Below are positions 57,345 through 64,000 of a stretch of DNA of 64,000 bases, piece by piece (positions within the stretch are counted from its first letter, which is position 1; every line of letters starts with the position of its first letter). Source of the DNA: Candidatus Saccharimonadota bacterium. GTDB lineage: Bacteria > Patescibacteriota > Saccharimonadia > Saccharimonadales > Saccharimonadaceae. The position numbers were made by a program, and so were the translations under genes. Location: assembly GCA_017537745.1 (NCBI GenBank), contig JAFYKF010000011.1, positions 100,779-164,778 of the forward strand, in the 5' to 3' direction. The notes below the pieces were generated by a model that had not been told where the DNA came from, searched no databases, and was given only the letters and a program-made list of their open reading frames with translations.

Positions 57345-57899
57345 TTATAATAAAAATATCCTGAACTTTCGCCCACTAACCCCCCACTCATCCACCGCTC
57401 TTTGCACCCCCGGCAAAGCCGCATTATTATAATCGTGCACAATCAAAATCCCACCATCCACCATTTTTGATTCCACCAATTTCAAAGAATCCTTAATCGA
57501 TTCATAAAAATCACCGTCCAAAAAAGCCAACGCAATTCGCTCTGGCAAATCACCCGACTCTAAATCAGAAAACCACGCTTTTTTAATCACTGGTACAGCT
57601 AATCCTGCCCTCAAAAATCTTTCTTTCACTTCTCGTTTTGTCGCATACAATTCCCCAGCCCGAAAATCCTGGCCCAACACCGATTCATCAAAAGCACTTT
57701 TTTCTGGCAATCCTTCAAACGAATCATAAATCCACAATCGTTTCGAAGACCCTTGTAAAACTTCCGCGATGAGTAGCGACGTATCTCCTTTATAACACCC
57801 AAATTCAACAAAATCACCGTCTACATTCAATGCATCTTTTGCCAAATTAATTATTTTGTCAGTTTCTTCTTTTGTAACTTGATCGTTTTTCCAACTCAT
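57345..57899 (-). CDS. TylF/MycF family O-methyltransferase
   Basis: GDFVEFGCYKG, DSFEGLP, LDGDFYES and HDY. Confidence 0.9.
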   Translation of the reverse strand: MSWKNDQVTKEETDKIINLAKDALNVDGDFVEFGCYKGDTSLLIAEVLQGSSKRLWIYDSFEGLPEKSAFDESVLGQDFRAGELYATKREVKERFLRAGLAVPVIKKAWFSDLESGDLPERIALAFLDGDFYESIKDSLKLVESKMVDGGILIVHDYNNAALPGVQRAVDEWGVSGRKFRIFLL

Positions 57900-60796
57900 T
57901 TCAAATACTTTCGCAAATATTCACCAGTTGGCGTTTTTGCTTCACGCGCTAAATCCTCCGGTGTACCAGCAGCACATACCAGACCACCTTTCATCCCACC
58001 CTCTGGGCCCATATCTATCACCCAATCCGCCGACTTAATCACATGCAAATTATGCTCAATTATAATCATCGAATTTCCACCGTCCACCAATTTATTCAAA
58101 ATCGCAAGCAACCTTTTTACATCATCCGTGTGAAGCCCAGTCGTTGGCTCATCCAAAATATACAGAGTCTTACCGGTCGAACGCCGTGCTAATTCCGTCG
58201 CCAATTTAATCCTCTGTGCTTCCCCACCTGAAAAAGTCGTCGCCGGCTGACCAAGTTTAATATAACCAAGTCCCACTTCTTGAATCGTCTTCAATTTCGT
58301 AGCAATCGACGGTATATTCTTAAAGAATTCCACCGCCTCATCAATCGTCATATCCAAAACCTGCGAAATGTCACGACCTTTATATTTTACTTCCAAAGCT
58401 TCCGCATTATAACGTCGCCCATGACAGGCTGGACAAGTTACATACACATCCGGCAAGAAATGCATCTCAATTTTATTCACACCATCACCTTGGCAATGTT
58501 CGCAGCGTCCACCCTTTACGTTAAAAGAGAACCTTCCTGCTTTATAACCGCGTACTTGTGCTTCCGGCTGCGAAGCAAATAATTCCCTAATTGCATTAAA
58601 CACTCCAGTGTAAGTTGCCGGATTACTTCGCGGCGTTCTACCAATTGGCGACTGATCAATCACGATTGCCTTATTAATAAGTTCAATTCCTTCAATTTTC
58701 TCATGTGTGCCAGATACCGTCTGCGCCCGATGCAACCTCGCCAACAATTCATTTGCTAAAATTGAATTCACTAATGTAGACTTACCAGAACCAGACACAC
58801 CAGACACCACCGTCATCACGCCAAGCGGAAAACTAACATCAATATTTTTTAAATTGTTTTCGCGCGCACCACGCACCACCAATTCATAACCTTTGCGAAT
58901 CTTGCGTCGCTTCTTTGGTACCGCAATCGACATCTTTCCAGATAAATATTGTCCGGTAATCGAATCTGGGTTTGCCGCAATTTCTTCAGGCGTACCACAT
59001 GCCACTAGCCGCCCACCTTCCACACCGGCACCTGGGCCTATGTCAATAATGTAATCAGACGACCACATCGTATCTTCATCATGTTCCACTACCAAAACCG
59101 TGTTCTTTAAATCACGCAAATGTTTCAAGGTTGCAATTAATTTATCATTATCTCTCTGGTGTAATCCAATCGACGGTTCATCCAAAACATACAACACGCC
59201 CTGCAAACCCGACCCAATTTGCGTTGCTAACCGAATTCTTTGCGCTTCACCACCACTCAAAGTATTCGCCGCTCGTCCAAGTTCCAAGTATCCCAACCCC
59301 ACGTCCTGCATAAAACTCACTCGCTCACGAATTTCCTTCAAAATCGGCTTCGCAATTAACTCTTCCGCTTCCGTAAAACCTAAATCTTGTGACAAAACTT
59401 CAATCGTCGCATCTACATCCAAATTACAAATATCTACAATATTTAAATCATGCACCGTCACCGCTAGCACTGCCGGCTTAAGTCGTGCACCATGACAAGT
59501 CTGACATTCATGCACCCGCATAAATCTTTCAATATCATGCTTCATAAATTCCGAAATTTTCGGATCGTTATAACGTCGTTCTAAAGTTGGAATCACGCCC
59601 TCATAAGTTGTTTCATATTTTGTGCCATCCGCAAATCGTCCAGAACCACTAATTCGCATTTCAAATTTTTCATCCCCAGCACCATAAAGAATCAAATGCT
59701 GATTTTCTTCAGACAACTCACCAATTGGCGTATAAATATTAAACCCATGCTTCGCACCCACAGACGCTAATCTTTTCAACCACCAAGAATCAACCTGCAC
59801 TCGATTAAACGGCCGAATCCCACCTTCTGCTATCGTCAAATTCTTATTAAACACTAGTTCCGGGTCCACTTCCATCTTTGAACCAAGCCCAGTACAATCC
59901 GGACAAGCCCCCTCCGGCGCATTGAATGAAAACAAGCGCGGCGTTAGTTCCGGTATCAACTCATCTGGATGATCCGGACAGGCATATCTTTGCGAATAAG
60001 TAATTTCTTCTGTATTGTTCGCCGTAATTCTCGATTCCCCCACCGCCACCGACGAATCATTAATCTTCAAAATCTTCATTATGCCCTGCCCTAGTTCCAA
60101 AGCCTGCTCCACCGAACCAGAGATTCGTGAATACAAATCTGGCGACAACACAAACCTATCCACCACGATTTCAATATCGTGTCGTTCATTTTTATTTAAC
60201 TCCGGAAATTCATCCAAAGCATAGATTATCCCATCCACCCGCACCCGTGAGAATCCCTTAGCCGTATATTGCTCAGAAATATGTTGGAACTCACCCTTCT
60301 TCGCCGCCACAATTGGCGCAAGACACATACACTTAGAGCCTAGTGGCAATTTCATCACTTCATTTACTATATCTTCCACTGAGCGTTTCGATACTCTTTT
60401 ATGACAAATTGGGCAATGCGGCACCCCTACTCGCGCAAACAATAATCTTAAATAATCATACACTTCTGTCACTGTTGCCACCGTCGAACGCGGATTTCGT
60501 GATGTTGATTTTTGGTCAATCGAAATCGCCGGGCTAAGTCCCGTAATCGAATCCACATCCGGCTTGTCCATCACACCTAGAAACATTCTCGCGTATGAGC
60601 TAAGAGACTCCACATACCTGCGCTGCCCTTCCGCGTAAATCGTATCAAAAGCTAAACTAGATTTACCAGACCCAGAAAGCCCAGTAATAATCACCAGTTT
60701 ATCCCGCGGAATATCTACATCAAGGTCGTGCAAATTATTCTGCCGTGCTCCTCTCACGCGGATACAATTATCATTCCCAAAAATCTCTTCACTCAT
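57896..60796 (-). CDS. uvrA: excinuclease ABC subunit A
   Basis: [10 protein letters not shown], two ABC domains, zinc fingers and LSGGEAQRI. Confidence 0.99.
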   Translation of the reverse strand: MSEEIFGNDNCIRVRGARQNNLHDLDVDIPRDKLVIITGLSGSGKSSLAFDTIYAEGQRRYVESLSSYARMFLGVMDKPDVDSITGLSPAISIDQKSTSRNPRSTVATVTEVYDYLRLLFARVGVPHCPICHKRVSKRSVEDIVNEVMKLPLGSKCMCLAPIVAAKKGEFQHISEQYTAKGFSRVRVDGIIYALDEFPELNKNERHDIEIVVDRFVLSPDLYSRISGSVEQALELGQGIMKILKINDSSVAVGESRITANNTEEITYSQRYACPDHPDELIPELTPRLFSFNAPEGACPDCTGLGSKMEVDPELVFNKNLTIAEGGIRPFNRVQVDSWWLKRLASVGAKHGFNIYTPIGELSEENQHLILYGAGDEKFEMRISGSGRFADGTKYETTYEGVIPTLERRYNDPKISEFMKHDIERFMRVHECQTCHGARLKPAVLAVTVHDLNIVDICNLDVDATIEVLSQDLGFTEAEELIAKPILKEIRERVSFMQDVGLGYLELGRAANTLSGGEAQRIRLATQIGSGLQGVLYVLDEPSIGLHQRDNDKLIATLKHLRDLKNTVLVVEHDEDTMWSSDYIIDIGPGAGVEGGRLVACGTPEEIAANPDSITGQYLSGKMSIAVPKKRRKIRKGYELVVRGARENNLKNIDVSFPLGVMTVVSGVSGSGKSTLVNSILANELLARLHRAQTVSGTHEKIEGIELINKAIVIDQSPIGRTPRSNPATYTGVFNAIRELFASQPEAQVRGYKAGRFSFNVKGGRCEHCQGDGVNKIEMHFLPDVYVTCPACHGRRYNAEALEVKYKGRDISQVLDMTIDEAVEFFKNIPSIATKLKTIQEVGLGYIKLGQPATTFSGGEAQRIKLATELARRSTGKTLYILDEPTTGLHTDDVKRLLAILNKLVDGGNSMIIIEHNLHVIKSADWVIDMGPEGGMKGGLVCAAGTPEDLAREAKTPTGEYLRKYLK

Positions 60797-60884
60797 GCTT
60801 TAATCCCTTAAAGTTAGCATCTTTAAACTGAAATATTATATCAAAAAACCCTCGTTTTGTCCAGGCTACAGCCACCACCAACAG

Positions 60885-63800
60885 TTATTTTAACACACAC
60901 CTGATCGAACGACCTTCATAACGATACCCTGAATACTGCGAAAGAACTCTCGCTGAATAAAGGGTCATGTAATACATAGAGCTATTGCTGTTCCTCGTGG
61001 ACGACCAGAAATCACCTGTTAAACCTTGACTATACGCAACAGCTCTACTATACCCAGAAATCGGAGTAGATAATACGTACTGAAGACTATTAGTATCAGT
61101 ATACGTCATTGAAACATCAGTCGAACAAGTAGTTCCAGTAATTGCACTACACAAACTTCTATACTCGCCACTACCACCACCAGTTGGCAATCTCCACCCT
61201 AACGGACACACATCTTCTGTTGCATTTCCAGACGGAGAACCGGAGCTTGTCCCATTACCATAGCAATAAGATCCAGCCGTAGCAGCACAATAGTTGTAAT
61301 AAACACCAATTTTTCCACTGCCATTACCAGAAACCATCTCTGTACCATTATACTTTGGAGTGCTATTTTTATTCCATTGCCCAGCCTCTGGATCATTAGC
61401 ACAATAACCACCGCCAGTGCCACTATTACCAGTATCACAATTACCACCAGCAGAAATCAGCGGACGTGAATAGCTATAGTTTATACCACTGCCAGACCAT
61501 TCCACCACGCCGTTTATAGCATATTTGTCACTCGTAGTCCCACCACCATTTTTAAGATAATTAATAGATGCGGCACTCGCGTTGGTATTCTTCCCAGAAA
61601 GATTTGCAAACACCGTCTCGTCCGTCAGGTCAAGCCTCAAATTATCTAGTAACCACAACTTACCATCCGCAAGCTTAGATACACAATAAGGCTCATTATC
61701 ACGCGCATCTCTCAAATAGTATGGTGTGTTTACTGTCAAATCATTTAACAAAGCAGTTTTTACACTCGCCCTAATGTCTTGCATGTATGTATAATTCGGC
61801 ACCGGCGTATCACACGTAGCTGGAGCTTCAAGCCCAACCAACTGTTTACTAATAAGCGTCAAAGTCGCATTACCATCAATCATATAGGTAGTCGTCGGCA
61901 AAGCAGCGTTAGTAATAGTTCCTTCTTCACTTGAAGCCCAATTATCAATTCCATATCCGCTTGCGTAGTCAGCCATGATAGTGTAATAAACACCCTGCTT
62001 CAACATTATAGTATCGCCATCCACCATATTTGTCGCATTATCAAACGGGTCAATAATAGTTACACTATTCACATTTTCATCCATATGTACAATCAACTCA
62101 TATGACGAAGATTCTAATACGCACCGTACGGAAACGCCATAGCTACGTGAACTTGTATCCAAAGTATTAATCGTGGACGCGCTAAAGTTTACATTAAACA
62201 TACTACTGTTATCATTTCTTGTAGCTGAACCGATTAACCCACTTGTGCCTTGGTTATAAGCCAGGCCATCGTTAAAGTAACCAGTTAGCGACAAAGAAAG
62301 AACCGCTCTATATTTATTGTCATCATTGTTATACAAAGAACGCAAGGTATTATATTCGCCAGTATTTCCGCTAGTTGGCATTCTCCACCCACTCGGACAA
62401 ATGTCTTGCGAAGCATCATCAACACTCGTCCCATAGCCTGTATTACCATCACCATAACAATACGAACCAGCAGACGCCGCACAATAGTTGTAATAAGCTC
62501 CAACCTTACCGGACCCCCGGCCATAAGAAGATGCTAGTGGCACAACATCATCCTTAGTCCATTGTCCATCAGCCGCTTCGTTCGTACACGAAGCACTATC
62601 GCTACATGAACCGCTCATTGCAATCAAAGGATCAGAATAGCTATGACTATTGGTATATGTCGCATCATCACCCCATTCAGCCACACCATTTACAGCATAT
62701 TGATCACTAGTTGTACCGCCACCATTTTTGAGGTATCCCAAACTCGTCGCATCGGCATTAGTATTATTTTCATCGACATTTGCAAGCACTGTTGCATCCG
62801 CCAAATTCAGTCTTAAGTTATCAATCATCCACAAATTACCGTCCGCTAATCTAGATACGCAATAGCGTTCCTCGTCACGAGCATCCAAAATATAATATGC
62901 TGCTTCCGGCATCATACCCGCCATCACCGAATTCTTGTTATTAAGCGTAATATCCTGCATATATGTCACATCTGGCACTGGAGCGTCGCACATTACTTGC
63001 CCACTAATCGTCAAAATGTTTTCTCCAGTTACTACATAAGTGGTTGGATTCGAAGTCACCGAGCCAAGTGTACCATTCTCCGTCGTGCTCCAACCAACAA
63101 ACTCACTACCAGTCTTAGGAGTAGCAGTAATATTGTATGTTATTCCATATGTCAGATAAACCGTAGAGTTATTATGATTCGCAACCTGAGTTTCATTTCC
63201 CGCTACAAAAGTAATCTTTTCGATATTCGAATCCATTGATACCTCAGTTGGCAAAGTCAACTCCTTGACGCAACGAACAAACATACCATAATATCGAGAC
63301 CACGCCTCATATCCAAAATTATAATAGCTACTACTCCACATGGTATAACGTGTATAGTAATTATACACAGAAGAAGACCACCAATACCCATAACCGTAAT
63401 TATTTATTTTACCATCATAAAGATAACCTCCTTTTATAGTGTTAAAAGAAGAATGATCTGCTGAGTTAATCATACTATTTATTGAGCCAGTCCTACCATC
63501 AGTATTATAAACAGGTATATGCCAACCAATTGGACAAATATCCTCAGTCGCTACATTGCTATTAGAGCTACCTGTTATTTTGCCCGCCGTAACAGCAGTA
63601 TAATTATACCAAACACCCAGTTGTTTGGTATCGGTATTAGTAGCACGCACTTCTAAGACATCTGCTGCATGACTGCAAATATTGTTATAACTATTAGAAC
63701 TATTACAATTCGTCCGAGCCTTTTTGAAATCATTCGCCGATACATTTACATCATCACCGGTAAAATTCGAATCTTCTGCTGAAATAGTGCCAACTATCCT

Positions 63801-64000
63801 TAAATTCTGCGTCATCCAAATCGCATTGGCAATCCTAGAAACACAATACGGAGTGTTATCGCGGCGATCTCTTAAATAATACTGTGCTCCAGCCTCCATA
63901 CTATTCACTACGCTAGCCATATTTGCATCATTTAATTCCTGCATATAGGTTATTCCAGGAACTGGGGTCTCACAAGTCGACAATGGCTGCTTTATTTGGC
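60885..64000 (-). CDS. 5'-truncated surface protein with at least three FISUMP (Fibrobacter succinogenes major paralog) domains
   Basis: Repeated D.RD...Y.....ADG..W...NL, YN..AA, DICP.GW..P and G..VRCV; the frame is open to the window edge. Confidence 0.85.
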   Translation of the reverse strand, partial: QIKQPLSTCETPVPGITYMQELNDANMASVVNSMEAGAQYYLRDRRDNTPYCVSRIANAIWMTQNLRIVGTISAEDSNFTGDDVNVSANDFKKARTNCNSSNSYNNICSHAADVLEVRATNTDTKQLGVWYNYTAVTAGKITGSSNSNVATEDICPIGWHIPVYNTDGRTGSINSMINSADHSSFNTIKGGYLYDGKINNYGYGYWWSSSVYNYYTRYTMWSSSYYNFGYEAWSRYYGMFVRCVKELTLPTEVSMDSNIEKITFVAGNETQVANHNNSTVYLTYGITYNITATPKTGSEFVGWSTTENGTLGSVTSNPTTYVVTGENILTISGQVMCDAPVPDVTYMQDITLNNKNSVMAGMMPEAAYYILDARDEERYCVSRLADGNLWMIDNLRLNLADATVLANVDENNTNADATSLGYLKNGGGTTSDQYAVNGVAEWGDDATYTNSHSYSDPLIAMSGSCSDSASCTNEAADGQWTKDDVVPLASSYGRGSGKVGAYYNYCAASAGSYCYGDGNTGYGTSVDDASQDICPSGWRMPTSGNTGEYNTLRSLYNNDDNKYRAVLSLSLTGYFNDGLAYNQGTSGLIGSATRNDNSSMFNVNFSASTINTLDTSSRSYGVSVRCVLESSSYELIVHMDENVNSVTIIDPFDNATNMVDGDTIMLKQGVYYTIMADYASGYGIDNWASSEEGTITNAALPTTTYMIDGNATLTLISKQLVGLEAPATCDTPVPNYTYMQDIRASVKTALLNDLTVNTPYYLRDARDNEPYCVSKLADGKLWLLDNLRLDLTDETVFANLSGKNTNASAASINYLKNGGGTTSDKYAINGVVEWSGSGINYSYSRPLISAGGNCDTGNSGTGGGYCANDPEAGQWNKNSTPKYNGTEMVSGNGSGKIGVYYNYCAATAGSYCYGNGTSSGSPSGNATEDVCPLGWRLPTGGGSGEYRSLCSAITGTTCSTDVSMTYTDTNSLQYVLSTPISGYSRAVAYSQGLTGDFWSSTRNSNSSMYYMTLYSARVLSQYSGYRYEGRSIRCVLK

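Noticed and set aside
18-63239. Numerous short antisense or overlapping ORFs in the six-frame track
   Set aside because: They are shadows of well-supported genes, with no RBS, motifs or protein-like composition.
60885-64000. Diversity-generating retroelement acting on the FISUMP domains
   Set aside because: The domains differ at all base types, and no template repeat or reverse transcriptase is in the window.

Overview
This is a chromosomal segment of a small-genome Patescibacteria, most likely a host-associated Ca. Saccharibacteria (TM7). That assignment is inferred from the chromosomal VirB4/PrgI/VirB6/VirB2-pilin cluster next to housekeeping genes, the FISUMP surface proteins and the compact operons. 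The left part (about 2.1-13.8 kb) is an integrase-less defence island downstream of tRNA-Lys(CTT). It carries an AAA ATPase, an HNH nuclease, a two-methylase restriction-modification set, a four-gene PLD-helicase / small protein / CxC-hook ABC ATPase / small protein module (PbeABCD-like, with no dnd genes in the window) and a T5orf172 gene. From 14 to 26 kb there are accessory genes: a DUF2075 nuclease-helicase with MazG, a free-standing CdiA-C-like nuclease followed by a probable small RNA, an AlkD-like protein, a GmrSD-like protein and others. From 26 to 64 kb there are core genes (rny, dnaJ, hsp20, comF, groES/groEL, ackA, uvrA, tRNA-Ser) interleaved with the T4SS-like cluster and two giant VirB6-like genes. 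The best leads are: (1) the nuclease whose 3' end contains a sigma70 promoter for a ~50-nt hairpin RNA, under a 22-bp palindromic divergent promoter; (2) the Pbe/CxC-type module sitting beside methylases instead of phosphorothioation genes; (3) two structured leaders in the island that begin with the same 11-mer; (4) 69-bp structured repeats of the tRNA-Ser 3' end. All family assignments come from motif recognition by eye; no database searches were run.
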